A DNA stretch of 64,000 bases from a virus (Duplodnaviria > Caudoviricetes): positions 1 through 64,000 of the IMG/VR virus record IMGVR_UViG_2706796753_000001. One strand, 5' to 3'. How positions within the stretch are numbered: the first letter of the stretch is position 1; the number at the start of each line of letters is the position of its first letter. Under the pieces are notes generated by a model that was not told the DNA's origin, did not search any database, and saw only the letters and a program-made list of their open reading frames with translations. Below, one piece after another: positions 9,519-19,040 of the stretch. The position numbers and the translations under genes were made by a program.

Positions 9519-9752
9519 CTACCACCATTTCTCATCCCTCCCAGTTAACTCCTTGTATGTATATTGACGCTCCCACTCAACAATAGGTAACCACCTAACA
9601 TTTGTTACTCTATCATAGCAACGACTGCAAATACTCTCCCCAGTAAATAGCGCTTGCTCTACTCCGTCTTTATTGCGCGCTACACCTACAGGGTCTACCC
9701 TAGTGCCTCCATCAAGCTTATGTCCAAAAATCTTACATCTTAATGAACTCAT
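9519..9752 (-). CDS. Small Zn-binding protein, DUF1660-like
   Basis: CKIFGHK ... CSRC pattern. Confidence 0.6.
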   Translation of the reverse strand: MSSLRCKIFGHKLDGGTRVDPVGVARNKDGVEQALFTGESICSRCYDRVTNVRWLPIVEWERQYTYKELTGRDEKWW

Positions 9753-9762
9753 TGTATCCCTC

Positions 9763-9969
9763 CTACAGTATCGCTGCTATTTCTAGGTAATCTTTATTGT
9801 ATACCTTACAGTGCATTGTGATGGATGTTACTAACTCCCATCGCTCAACCTGACCATCTAGGTATCTTTTAAACATCCTCCTAAGCGATAAGAATGAACA
9901 TAGTTCTAACCTATCATTAGTCATCTCTTTGTAAGTACACTCTGCTACTTCTTTAAATCTTGGTGGCAT
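9763..9969 (-). CDS. Hypothetical protein
   Basis: SD GAGGAG, promoter TTGCAA-17-TATGAT upstream. Confidence 0.7.
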   Translation of the reverse strand: MPPRFKEVAECTYKEMTNDRLELCSFLSLRRMFKRYLDGQVERWELVTSITMHCKVYNKDYLEIAAIL

Positions 9970-10050
9970 GTTATCTCTCCTCTCTTTAAGTTACTTATAT
10001 CATAGCATGTCTAATAGAGTGTTGCAATACTTTTAGTAAAATAAATTATA

Positions 10051-10075
10051 AAAAAAAGCAACCAGAAGGTTGCTT
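10051..10075 (-). terminator. Intrinsic terminator
   Basis: Minus strand AAGCAACC-TTCT-GGTTGCTT followed by T-tract. Confidence 0.8.
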
Positions 10076-10080
10076 AATGA

Positions 10081-10284
10081 TTACGCACTATAACTAGCGA
10101 ATACAACTATATTTAATATAACCGCGAAGAAAGCCAAAGCTCCGAATATTACAGTACCTATAAGTCCTAGAAACTCAAAGAAGTCACCACTCGTACTATA
10201 GTTATCTTCCATAACTCGGTAGCTATACATGGATAATAATGTCAACACTACTGGAGATAATACAATTAACAATCCCTCTCTCAT
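10081..10284 (-). CDS. Small two-TM membrane protein
   Basis: Hydrophobic hairpin. Confidence 0.7.
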   Translation of the reverse strand: MREGLLIVLSPVVLTLLSMYSYRVMEDNYSTSGDFFEFLGLIGTVIFGALAFFAVILNIVVFASYSA

Positions 10285-10682
10285 AGAACTTCACCCTCAT
10301 CATATGTATTCTTCATCTTTAAGTCTTCTTCCATAGATTGTAACTGATGTTTCATTTCTGCTCTATGGTTGTGCGGGTTTTTATACTTCTCTCCATGCTT
10401 CACTGGTACTATGCGTATACCTGTATAGTAATAAAGTAGATTACCAGCGCCACCTTTGACGTGGAAAGATATGGAGTTGCTTAAGGTTTTTCGTCCTTTA
10501 TTGTAATTTACAGTTTCACATCTGTGCCATGAAAAAGTTTTGTCTATTTCATCTGTTAACTGTATAGACGCCCGCATTGGTAAGTTTGTCCCGCGTTGAT
10601 AGTTCCATTTATGTATAGGTACATGATATCCTTGCATAAAAGCTAATTTAATTAACTGCCTATTGCGAGTTGTTCTTGCCAT
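10281..10682 (-). CDS. Hypothetical protein (RNRQL N-terminal family)
   Basis: N-terminus MARTTRNRQLIKL. Confidence 0.75.
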   Translation of the reverse strand: MARTTRNRQLIKLAFMQGYHVPIHKWNYQRGTNLPMRASIQLTDEIDKTFSWHRCETVNYNKGRKTLSNSISFHVKGGAGNLLYYYTGIRIVPVKHGEKYKNPHNHRAEMKHQLQSMEEDLKMKNTYDEGEVL

Positions 10683-10881
10683 TTCTCTTCAACCTTTCTA
10701 AGACTAGGATAGACATGTCGTAAGCATTCATGTTGCCAAGATGCATTCCACGCTCTAGAATACGAAACTCCCTATCTGTAAGCTCATTGTGGATAATGTC
10801 TTCGTATCGTTGAAGATGCATCTCCTGTCTGTCGTATTTTCGTTCTAGACTTTTTATGGCTTTATCTAATGGATTTATCAT
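10660..10881 (-). CDS. Hypothetical helical protein
   Basis: ATGA-coupled ORF. Confidence 0.65.
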   Translation of the reverse strand: MINPLDKAIKSLERKYDRQEMHLQRYEDIIHNELTDREFRILERGMHLGNMNAYDMSILVLERLKRNGKNNSQ

Positions 10882-11273
10882 TTGTCTATAATCTCACTAA
10901 ATAATTTGCGAAATCCTAAATCGTCTAGAATCTCTTTTAATAACTTGACCACACCTAAGTCGAAGATAACTTCGTATGTATTACTGTCATATACAGGACG
11001 ACCGTATTGCTTAAACTCAGATACCGCATACTTGATATTATTGTCCGCTTTCACTTGAAATATATCTATCAATTTCTCTACGCGGTCTATGTATTCGTCT
11101 TCTTTAGCCGTGTCTAAAATTAACTCTATATGTGGTATAATTATGTCACAAGCTTCAACATCACCTAGAGCTAAGTACTGTTTAGTGTACTCAGCGTCTG
11201 GGTCATTTACAACATTTAATGCTGCATCTTTTTTCTCTACGAAGAAGTCTTTCCACTCTTGTAGACTTCTCAT
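10878..11273 (-). CDS. Hypothetical helical protein, paralogue of 11270-11665
   Basis: 131 aa, DVEACDII motif. Confidence 0.75.
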   Translation of the reverse strand: MRSLQEWKDFFVEKKDAALNVVNDPDAEYTKQYLALGDVEACDIIIPHIELILDTAKEDEYIDRVEKLIDIFQVKADNNIKYAVSEFKQYGRPVYDSNTYEVIFDLGVVKLLKEILDDLGFRKLFSEIIDK

Positions 11274-11665
11274 AGATTTGCTCCTTCTTTTTCTTCAATT
11301 AAACCATTTACGATTTTAGCTAACTCATTGTAGGCAGTTCGTAAGAATGTTACCTCTCCTAACATCTGCTTGTCCATTTTTCCTTTTTCTTCGAAGTCGT
11401 TTGACACAACATTTAATGCATTGAAGTACTTCTCCTCAACTTCTCTAGCGAATACAAACATAGCGAATGCTTGCATCGGCTCTAACGGGTTTTTCATAGC
11501 TAACTTCAATGTATCTACGATAAAGTTGCAAGCATCAATTTCACTAACAGCTTCGTAGATTTCATCTGAATCAATCTCAAATCCCTCACATAAAACTGTC
11601 TCCTTAAGCTGCGCTGCCTTTTTAGTGTAACCTTCTAATTTCTTTTCTAAGTAATTCATATTCAA
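11270..11665 (-). CDS. Hypothetical helical protein
   Basis: 131 aa, EIDACNFI motif, SD AGGAGG. Confidence 0.75.
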   Translation of the reverse strand: MNMNYLEKKLEGYTKKAAQLKETVLCEGFEIDSDEIYEAVSEIDACNFIVDTLKLAMKNPLEPMQAFAMFVFAREVEEKYFNALNVVSNDFEEKGKMDKQMLGEVTFLRTAYNELAKIVNGLIEEKEGANL

Positions 11666-11735
11666 TTCCTCCTAAGTTTTGTTTGTTTTCTACTCTTTTA
11701 TAATAACACACTTTTTACTATTTGTAAACTACTTT

Positions 11736-12122
11736 TTATTCATTTTCCTCATAATATCCATTATCATTTCTATAAGCTTTTAAGGCGTTGCTTAACACTC
11801 GAATAATCATCCCTAACGAGCTCAGTTGTAAGTATAACTGTTCATTCATATGTCCGCCATCGATAGTAGATTTAACAGTACGTAATAGTATTTCGTGATT
11901 GTCAAGCTCTCTATCAACTGTGATAGCTAAGAAAGTATCTGGAATATCTCGAAGAATTTCCTTAATAGTGCGTAATGCTTCTTCACTCTTATAAATATTA
12001 CGAGCTTCTGTGGACAACGCTGCTGCTGACGCATCCTCTTGTAATAGATTCGAGAAGCGTTTTCTCGCGATATCTCGATAACTAGTAACAAATTCTAATT
12101 GCTTTTCTAAATAAGCTCTCAT
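11736..12122 (-). CDS. Hypothetical helical protein
   Basis: 128 aa, SD AAGGAGG. Confidence 0.75.
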   Translation of the reverse strand: MRAYLEKQLEFVTSYRDIARKRFSNLLQEDASAAALSTEARNIYKSEEALRTIKEILRDIPDTFLAITVDRELDNHEILLRTVKSTIDGGHMNEQLYLQLSSLGMIIRVLSNALKAYRNDNGYYEENE

Positions 12123-12322
12123 TGTAAATCCTCCTTAGAATTATTTACTGCTAGTACTCTTGTTCCGCTATTTAACAAAGAATCATGCAGCTTCACCAAT
12201 GTTTGATAAGCTAGTTCTGGGTCGTTTTTCAAACGTTCTAGAGGTAAATCTAAAAGGATGATAAACCCATCCATTACATAAGTGAAACCGTCTTCGTTAA
12301 TATTTAATAGTGTTTGGCTCAT
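12119..12322 (-). CDS. Hypothetical protein
   Basis: SD GAGG, coupled to the next gene. Confidence 0.65.
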   Translation of the reverse strand: MSQTLLNINEDGFTYVMDGFIILLDLPLERLKNDPELAYQTLVKLHDSLLNSGTRVLAVNNSKEDLQ

Positions 12323-12340
12323 TATAGTTCCTCTTCTCTA

Positions 12341-13102
12341 TTAGTCTACTTTAACTTTATCTTCTGACCAGAATTGGATGATGCAGTTTTTACCTAAAAC
12401 TAGTTTGTCAGTACCGTCGTATCCTTTTAGTCTAACAAAACCATCGTCGGTAGTCTCTAACACCTCACCTGTACCATATTTATAATGAGATACAACATCA
12501 CCAACTCTATATTCATAAGGTTGTCGTCCTTTTCTGATAAAAGTTTTCTTGTACTTAAACACCTTAATTTCTTCTTCGTCCATCTTCTCATAGGATACGT
12601 TGTCGTCTGATAAATCGACATTAGATAGTTCGTTTGAGTATTCACGATATCCACAAACAACATCACCATTAATTGTTAACGCTCTTAAAACAAATGTTGA
12701 TTGTGAACCGAAGGTAGTTCTTGTCACTAAAATGTACTCTCCAGACTTCACATCATGATTCACTTTCTCTAGTTTATGGATGATTTCATTTAGATTGGTC
12801 GATGATGGTTGCCATGATTGAGTTGACGTTGACGCCTCTAAGACTCCCTTGGTCAACCTGTACGTAATACCTACTCCAGAGTTGTAGTAATGAGCTCCAT
12901 TCACCATATCTACAATAACTTGCGAGTAGTCTTTAATATCTCTCTTCAATGCACTCCACGCATTTGTATACACTGTGCCGCTCATCGATTTCCACTCTGC
13001 AAACCACGCATTGGAATCTCCATGTCTATACACCCGTAATACCTGTCCTAAAGTACCCGCGTTACTAATTACTCTATCACCTTTTTTAAGCTCTTGTGCC
13101 AT
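12341..13102 (-). CDS. Hypothetical protein with SH3/Tudor-like modules
   Basis: LKKGDRVI...GQVL at the N-terminus and YRVGDVVSHYKYGTGEVL at the C-terminus. Confidence 0.7.
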   Translation of the reverse strand: MAQELKKGDRVISNAGTLGQVLRVYRHGDSNAWFAEWKSMSGTVYTNAWSALKRDIKDYSQVIVDMVNGAHYYNSGVGITYRLTKGVLEASTSTQSWQPSSTNLNEIIHKLEKVNHDVKSGEYILVTRTTFGSQSTFVLRALTINGDVVCGYREYSNELSNVDLSDDNVSYEKMDEEEIKVFKYKKTFIRKGRQPYEYRVGDVVSHYKYGTGEVLETTDDGFVRLKGYDGTDKLVLGKNCIIQFWSEDKVKVD

Positions 13103-13286
13103 ATCGTTTCTCCTCCATTATAATCGGATATTCGTTAATCACTAAATTAGCTTGATAAAGTCCACACAAACCTAGTGGAATCATGAACCACCACATTCCT
13201 GATTGAATGGAATTTGAAATACCTATCGCTGCTGTAGCGCCCAATATGTACATAAACCTGATTCTATCCTTTGTGCTCAACCACAT
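13086..13286 (-). CDS. Small two-TM membrane protein
   Basis: Hydrophobic hairpin, SD AAGGAG. Confidence 0.65.
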   Translation of the reverse strand: MWLSTKDRIRFMYILGATAAIGISNSIQSGMWWFMIPLGLCGLYQANLVINEYPIIMEEKRYGTRA

Positions 13287-13547
13287 TCTTTGCCATCTCC
13301 TTCTGGTATCTTCGTTTAATCGCTCGTTTAATAAGGTACTTATGCCACGTTTCTTCTTTCACTGTCTCTTCTTTATCACACTTGGGGCAATATGCTATTA
13401 CATATGTATTGTATTCGAAGTCATATCCTGCATCCTCCCATTTACTTTCCATGCACACCATTTCAAAATCATGGTCGCATTTTCTAGGAGGAACTTTTTT
13501 ATTCTTTTTTCTGAAAAATTAAGCATATTATCATCCCTTCGGGTATA

Positions 13548-13775
13548 TCATTTTACTATAACCTCGAAATCAAATAGGAAAATCACGTTATCAACAGGTG
13601 TACTTCCATGCCACTTACGAGGGGACATCCAGAAGAATCCCCTATCGTAAATACCCATAGCCTTATACACTTCAATATTCTCTTTAATTGAAGGTGTTCT
13701 CATTAACACGCTGTTAATTGTTGCTTGTTTAATAGTTACCTTGTTTAGTTGTTTATATCGGACATGTCTTGTCAT
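13548..13775 (-). CDS. Hypothetical protein (RNRQL-like N-terminus)
   Basis: MTRHVRYKQLNKV, SD AAGGAG. Confidence 0.7.
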   Translation of the reverse strand: MTRHVRYKQLNKVTIKQATINSVLMRTPSIKENIEVYKAMGIYDRGFFWMSPRKWHGSTPVDNVIFLFDFEVIVK

Positions 13776-13786
13776 AGTTTCTCTCC

Positions 13787-13981
13787 TTAAAAAAGATTAT
13801 TTAGCAGATGTTCAATCGTGCCAGACCATATGTCAACACCTTTATAGTGTACAGCAAACATATCTTCGCTGCTGCTATAATAAATATCCGCTTTCTCAGT
13901 AGCCTTAAATAGTTCGTACCCCTCTTCATCAATCATACTCTTCATTACACGCTCTAAATACTGTTCTGTAGTCTCCTTCAT
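13787..13981 (-). CDS. Hypothetical protein
   Basis: SD GAGGAG, ATGA coupling. Confidence 0.65.
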   Translation of the reverse strand: MKETTEQYLERVMKSMIDEEGYELFKATEKADIYYSSSEDMFAVHYKGVDIWSGTIEHLLNNLF

Positions 13982-14562
13982 GCGTCACACTCCTCTTTTT
14001 GTAATTTATCTAGTTCTCTTTGCCAATGTTCGGCTTGAGATTTGTAGAAATTTTCATATTCTTTAGAAGCATTAATCTTACCTTCGATATCTTTAGCTCG
14101 ATGGTCTTTTGTATACTTTTTCCATTTCTCCTCATCTTTCCATAAATCACGCTCTTGACCTTTATACGCACCATATGCCATAGATGTAACTAACTCCACT
14201 TCGAATCTAGGAGCAATCCAGTCGCACCCGTCTCCGCAGCATCCTTTATCTGGATTGTAACCTTCATCTCCTTGTTGACACGAGCAATAACCCCAAGGTC
14301 TATCATCTTTAAGAAGCTTAATTTCGTAACGTCTTTTGGTATGGTGTATATAAACTACTATAACTCCATCCGTATAAGGTGTATCTGGTCTTTCGTATCT
14401 GAAATACACACCGTTCTCTTCTACATCTACAAGCATAGTAGACACCGTATCTGCATAATCTAGTAAGTTCTCATAGTGTGGTATGAGTGTGTCCAAATTT
14501 GAAAAACAATCCTCCAAGATAAATTCCTTTAATTTAGTAAAAAACGTTTCTCCAAACTCCAT
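13978..14562 (-). CDS. Hypothetical protein with Cys cluster and C-terminal coiled coil
   Basis: CSC...CCGDGC cluster. Confidence 0.75.
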   Translation of the reverse strand: MEFGETFFTKLKEFILEDCFSNLDTLIPHYENLLDYADTVSTMLVDVEENGVYFRYERPDTPYTDGVIVVYIHHTKRRYEIKLLKDDRPWGYCSCQQGDEGYNPDKGCCGDGCDWIAPRFEVELVTSMAYGAYKGQERDLWKDEEKWKKYTKDHRAKDIEGKINASKEYENFYKSQAEHWQRELDKLQKEECDA

Positions 14563-14736
14563 TTTACTTATCCCCTTTCTTTTTACCAGCCGTTTTAATG
14601 AATGAGCCTAATAGGATAAACAGAATCCACAGCCCACCATAACCAAACGCCATATCCTCATTAACATTTATATTTTGAATCATCTGGAAGCATGATATAG
14701 TAGCTATCCCAAAGCATGTTAAGTACGCGATATTCC

Positions 14737-15354
14737 TCATTGTGCCACCTCCTCTTTATGTACAACTTGTCCATTCTCTTTCACAGGAGCAGCTTTATGG
14801 AACGCAGCCTCTAATTCTGTTAATCGTTTTGGAGTGTAGCAGCGACTTTCTTGTAAGTTCTCAATCTGTCTAATTTGCTGCATGCAGTTTTTTAAGTCTT
14901 TCTCAATTCCGTTATGTTTCGCTAATAGCATTTTAATAGGCTTTGTCGCTTCTGCTAATTCCTTAGCTCGTCTACGTCTTTTAGCAGACTCTTCTAAAAT
15001 GTTCCACTTTTCAATCTTTTCTTCATCTGAGAATTCTAGGAACTCTGCACTATGCCAAATATCTTGTCGAACCTCATCTAAGTATTTCACATCTTCTAAA
15101 GCTGCATTATGTGCTTTTGGATATTTTGAGAATACATTTACCGCCGATTGCATATCCTTTAGTAAAGTCGTTACACCGTACTCCGCGATTTCTAAACCTT
15201 CGCCACGAAACACGTCTCTCGCCTCGTTATCACGTACTTTGTTGTCTAGTAGAGTAAATGCTTTATGTAAGTTTTCTTTTGCGTCCTTCGTCATTCTACC
15301 TGCATCTACAACGTCTTTTAATAAATCTCTAACTTCTACGATATTTAATGTCAT
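14737..15354 (-). CDS. Hypothetical coiled-coil protein
   Basis: 205-aa ORF, SD AAGGGAG. Confidence 0.8.
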   Translation of the reverse strand: MTLNIVEVRDLLKDVVDAGRMTKDAKENLHKAFTLLDNKVRDNEARDVFRGEGLEIAEYGVTTLLKDMQSAVNVFSKYPKAHNAALEDVKYLDEVRQDIWHSAEFLEFSDEEKIEKWNILEESAKRRRRAKELAEATKPIKMLLAKHNGIEKDLKNCMQQIRQIENLQESRCYTPKRLTELEAAFHKAAPVKENGQVVHKEEVAQ

Positions 15355-15809
15355 TTTAATTCTCTCCCTTTTATGTATTAATCATTTAATTTTTTACCGC
15401 ATTCTGGACAATAATTAACTTCTATGTATTCCCTTGAAAAACCATCGTTATAATAATCCCACGTAGTTGTCATTACAACCAATACCCATCTGTCTCCATC
15501 TAACTGTATGTCTTCGATACAGGTTGTACATTCTTTTGGTTCACTCACCATTTATCACCTCCCTTACATCTATTATTCTATCATTTATTTTACTAAAAGT
15601 AAAGTACTTTTTTATATTAGTTTGTATACCATCCCATATCTGTATGATTCGCTAACCATTCATCATGAGCCTCATCTAGAAAATCACGAGTTTCTTCATC
15701 CGTCATGCTGCTATCCCAACCTAGTTCGTGTAGGGTGAATTGTTCTTCTCTCTTCGAACCTACATAACCCGTCGATGCATAAAAAGTTACTAGTGTTGCA
15801 TATTTATAA

Positions 15810-16472
15810 TCAGTCATTGAAACACATGCCTCCTGTAAACTCATTGTAAACCCCCGTCGCGATAGCGAACTCAATTTCTATCACTTCTTTTTTAGCGTAA
15901 TACTCGTCCATGAAATCGTTAGTGTATACAAAGTCCCATTCATCAGGATACATCATATCTTCTCGCTCATCATCCGAAATCTCTCGTGTCGTTCCATGTT
16001 CCTCTACCCATGCTGAGAATGCGTCTTCGATAGAATCAATTACTTCGAATAACTCCCACTCTCTTCTCCAAGAGCCATTTATCATCCATTGACTCTGATG
16101 AGGTGTTAACCCTTTACCATCAAATAGAGGTACATTAGCGAATCTACCAGCGTCTACTTTTAGATTAACAAGTTTATCCTTATTAGGGTAGTGTATATTA
16201 ACCGCTAAATTTTTCGTCTGCACTACTACAGATACACCATGCAAGCTACCTTCACCACTACGGAAACTTGTTTCGCAACCTAACTTTTTGTTCAGTTTAT
16301 CTTCCAGTCTCCATTCACTGGTAAACCAAACAACTACGCGATTTTGATTATGTACACAAATTACTATCCCACTTGATAAAGCTGGTATATGTATATCTCC
16401 GTTGATAATATCCTTTGTATTCCGTACTCGCATAAGCTCTCTGTATTCGATATAAGGTCTAGATGGTAACAT
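15810..16472 (-). CDS. Hypothetical protein
   Basis: 220-aa ORF, SD GGGAGG. Confidence 0.8.
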   Translation of the reverse strand: MLPSRPYIEYRELMRVRNTKDIINGDIHIPALSSGIVICVHNQNRVVVWFTSEWRLEDKLNKKLGCETSFRSGEGSLHGVSVVVQTKNLAVNIHYPNKDKLVNLKVDAGRFANVPLFDGKGLTPHQSQWMINGSWRREWELFEVIDSIEDAFSAWVEEHGTTREISDDEREDMMYPDEWDFVYTNDFMDEYYAKKEVIEIEFAIATGVYNEFTGGMCFND

Positions 16473-16793
16473 TTACTTTTCCTCCCTTGTTAGCGAAATA
16501 ATATTCATATTAAGAATCTCATGTTTTGTTCTCTCGATGCTCTCAAGTAAGTCCATAAGACTTAAAATTACACCTGTACCTTCACTTTCTTTATATACTT
16601 TGTTGATAATTCCTACGCATGCTTTCTCAATAGTAGAATAGTATCCGATAGCCACGTATTTAGGTTCTTTGGTACGTTCCTTAAACTTTTCATCCGTTTC
16701 GTCTTTCTTTTGTTTCGGTACAACAATCTCATTTAAAATTACGTTGTACGCATCTGATGTAAGCTTGTACTTCTCTCCAATATATATCTCCAT
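16473..16793 (-). CDS. Hypothetical protein, DUF5405-like
   Basis: KYKLTSDAYNVIL...GYYST pattern, SD AAGGAGG. Confidence 0.7.
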   Translation of the reverse strand: MEIYIGEKYKLTSDAYNVILNEIVVPKQKKDETDEKFKERTKEPKYVAIGYYSTIEKACVGIINKVYKESEGTGVILSLMDLLESIERTKHEILNMNIISLTREEK

Positions 16794-16858
16794 TGGTTAT
16801 CTCCTCCTTGATTCTATAATACTACCAATTTTACTAAAAGTAAAGTTAATTTTAAAAA

Positions 16859-17359
16859 TTAATCTACTTTTTTATAAACTCTAAAGTAGTATTCGAATCC
16901 TAGCGCTGCTATTGATTTTTTATCACCTTTTCGCTTATAAAAACACTTATAAATCTCTCTATCAAACTCAGGAAAATAAGAGTCCGCTTCAAACGATTTT
17001 CCTAACTCAGTTATGTAAAATCTATTAGCCATCGGTGCGAACTGCTCATATATGCTAGAGCCTCCGATTACCATTAGTTCTTTTTCATCTTTAAAGTCAT
17101 TAAGTATGCTATGTATGTCGTGGTATACCTTTACATCATCGTCTAGTGGTTTGAAATCTTTGTTTCTAGTAAGTACAATATTAACTCTATTTTTTAGAAA
17201 CTTACCGATAGACAGATGCGTTTTACTCCCCATAATAACAGGCTTATGTATCGTCTTTTCTACGAACCAATCGAAATCTTCTTTTATCTTTACTAGTAGT
17301 TCGTTGTCTTTTCCAATACCCCCTTTCTCATCAACTGCCGCAATCAAACTAATTATCAT
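16859..17359 (-). CDS. folA: Dihydrofolate reductase
   Basis: ISLIAAV...GIGKDNEL, VIMGSKT, L.NR.NIVLTR, VIGGSSIY and ADSYFP motifs. Confidence 0.95.
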   Translation of the reverse strand: MIISLIAAVDEKGGIGKDNELLVKIKEDFDWFVEKTIHKPVIMGSKTHLSIGKFLKNRVNIVLTRNKDFKPLDDDVKVYHDIHSILNDFKDEKELMVIGGSSIYEQFAPMANRFYITELGKSFEADSYFPEFDREIYKCFYKRKGDKKSIAALGFEYYFRVYKKVD

Positions 17360-17410
17360 CTACATTTCTCCTTTCTTCGAAAGTATACCACAAAATACTT
17401 GATAAATCAA

Positions 17411-17439
17411 CAAAAAAGAGGCTATTAATTTAGCCTCTT
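17411..17439 (-). terminator. Intrinsic terminator
   Basis: Minus strand AAGAGGCTA-loop-TAGCCTCTT followed by T-tract. Confidence 0.75.
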
Positions 17440-17800
17440 ACTCATCTTCTCCTCGAAGAAATTTCTCAAATCGTTCTGTATAAATTTTACTTTCCGAGAT
17501 GAACTCTGCTAACATTTTCATAGCGCGGTGGTATTCCTCTTCTGTTCTATCCTCATCCACAACTAAGGCAAATTCTACATCGATATCGTCTGTATAAATG
17601 TAGTAGTTAGGGTCATCCGCTTCTAAAGCAGGGTACATATCCTCCCACTCGTTGAATTGATACTGGTCAATGTAACCTTTCGCATGCGCCCAGAACATGA
17701 AATTAGGTGCATTAATTAGGTAACCAAATCGGTCTACAAAGTCCTCCCCATGTTCACGTTCCCACTCAATAATTGCGTAAAACACTTTATTCTTATCCAT
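17438..17800 (-). CDS. Acidic hypothetical protein
   Basis: Start MDKNKV behind SD GGAGG. Confidence 0.7.
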   Translation of the reverse strand: MDKNKVFYAIIEWEREHGEDFVDRFGYLINAPNFMFWAHAKGYIDQYQFNEWEDMYPALEADDPNYYIYTDDIDVEFALVVDEDRTEEEYHRAMKMLAEFISESKIYTERFEKFLRGEDE

Positions 17801-18072
17801 TACTTTTCCTCCCCTACGATTACAAAGTCTAAACTCTCCGCTAAATCGCAATCGATTAAACCTACGTCATACAGGAAATTAACGAATTCTTTATCAACTT
17901 CTCCAAACTCGTGAAGTTTAACTTTAATTCCGTCATCGTCGTAATCATCCGCGAGAACCATTTTAGTTAAACCTTTCTCTAGCATTTCCTGATATATTGC
18001 TTCCGATTCGTAATTATCTAAGAAATATCGAGCTGCTCCATCACCGTCACCAGAAATTAATAATACCTTCAT
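17800..18072 (-). CDS. Acidic hypothetical protein
   Basis: SD AAGGAGG. Confidence 0.7.
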   Translation of the reverse strand: MKVLLISGDGDGAARYFLDNYESEAIYQEMLEKGLTKMVLADDYDDDGIKVKLHEFGEVDKEFVNFLYDVGLIDCDLAESLDFVIVGEEK

Positions 18073-18291
18073 TTACTTCTCCTCCTTGTGTGCTCTAAAG
18101 TGTACGATTTCGTCATAACGTATATACTCATCGTCAATTACTACATAGTCTCCAATTGGCTCAATATCCTTGTAATTTGTAAATCCTTTGATTTGAGAAC
18201 ACGCCAAGTCCTCGGCAAACGAATCCATTGACAAGTGACGAGTATTAACTACCACACAAGAGTTATTCTTTAAGTATAAATTAATTTTCAT
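18073..18291 (-). CDS. Hypothetical protein
   Basis: Packed ORF between kinase and the next gene. Confidence 0.65.
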   Translation of the reverse strand: MKINLYLKNNSCVVVNTRHLSMDSFAEDLACSQIKGFTNYKDIEPIGDYVVIDDEYIRYDEIVHFRAHKEEK

Positions 18292-18883
18292 TACTTTTCA
18301 ACTCTCTTTCTATAATTTCTAAAACAATATTATCGATTTGTCGGTATAGCGACGAAAGTTCTCCGTTATTGTATACATCGAAATCTACCTCAGCTTTATC
18401 CACGTACTGCTCTGTCTCATCTGTGAAATCATCCATATCGCAGATATCACCAGCATCTTTAATTCGTTGTAATCGCACCTTATCATCAGCGTTTATACGA
18501 ATGATAGCATACCCTTCTTCACGAAGCTTACGGAATTCATTCTCTTGTCTAACACCTGTTATTACGGTTTTGAAGTGTGGTAAATTACGGAAGAACTCAC
18601 GAGACGTAAAAGGGTTGCTTTCGTATTGCTCTACATCATCTACAATTCTATTGAGTGTTCGTCTAACCCAATAATCTTCACCGAAAGCGAATTTCTGTAA
18701 TTCCGCATACAACTTGTACCCTTTTCGTGGCTTCTCACCTCTATTATATGGATACTTTTTAGCGAAGTCCTCTTTTACACCATCAGACAAGTCATAAATA
18801 TAAAATCCGTATTTAATAGATAGATACCTTTCAACGATGGACTTACCAGCTCTCATTTTACCACTCAGGGCTATTTTAATCAT
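18281..18883 (-). CDS. Deoxynucleoside monophosphate kinase-like P-loop protein
   Basis: IALSGKMRAGKS Walker A, VITGVRQENE motif, located between DHFR and thyA. Confidence 0.85.
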   Translation of the reverse strand: MIKIALSGKMRAGKSIVERYLSIKYGFYIYDLSDGVKEDFAKKYPYNRGEKPRKGYKLYAELQKFAFGEDYWVRRTLNRIVDDVEQYESNPFTSREFFRNLPHFKTVITGVRQENEFRKLREEGYAIIRINADDKVRLQRIKDAGDICDMDDFTDETEQYVDKAEVDFDVYNNGELSSLYRQIDNIVLEIIERELKSNEN

Positions 18884-19040
18884 TTCACTATCTCCTTTTC
18901 ATATTTTTCTACTGTTTTATGGAAGTCTTTTAAAAACTCTTTCACATGAGTAGGGTTTGTTCGTTTCGTCCCATCTTCACGAATTTCCGTTCTACGCATC
19001 AACCATGCATGCATACTTAGAATTTCTCTTTCGAAATCCG

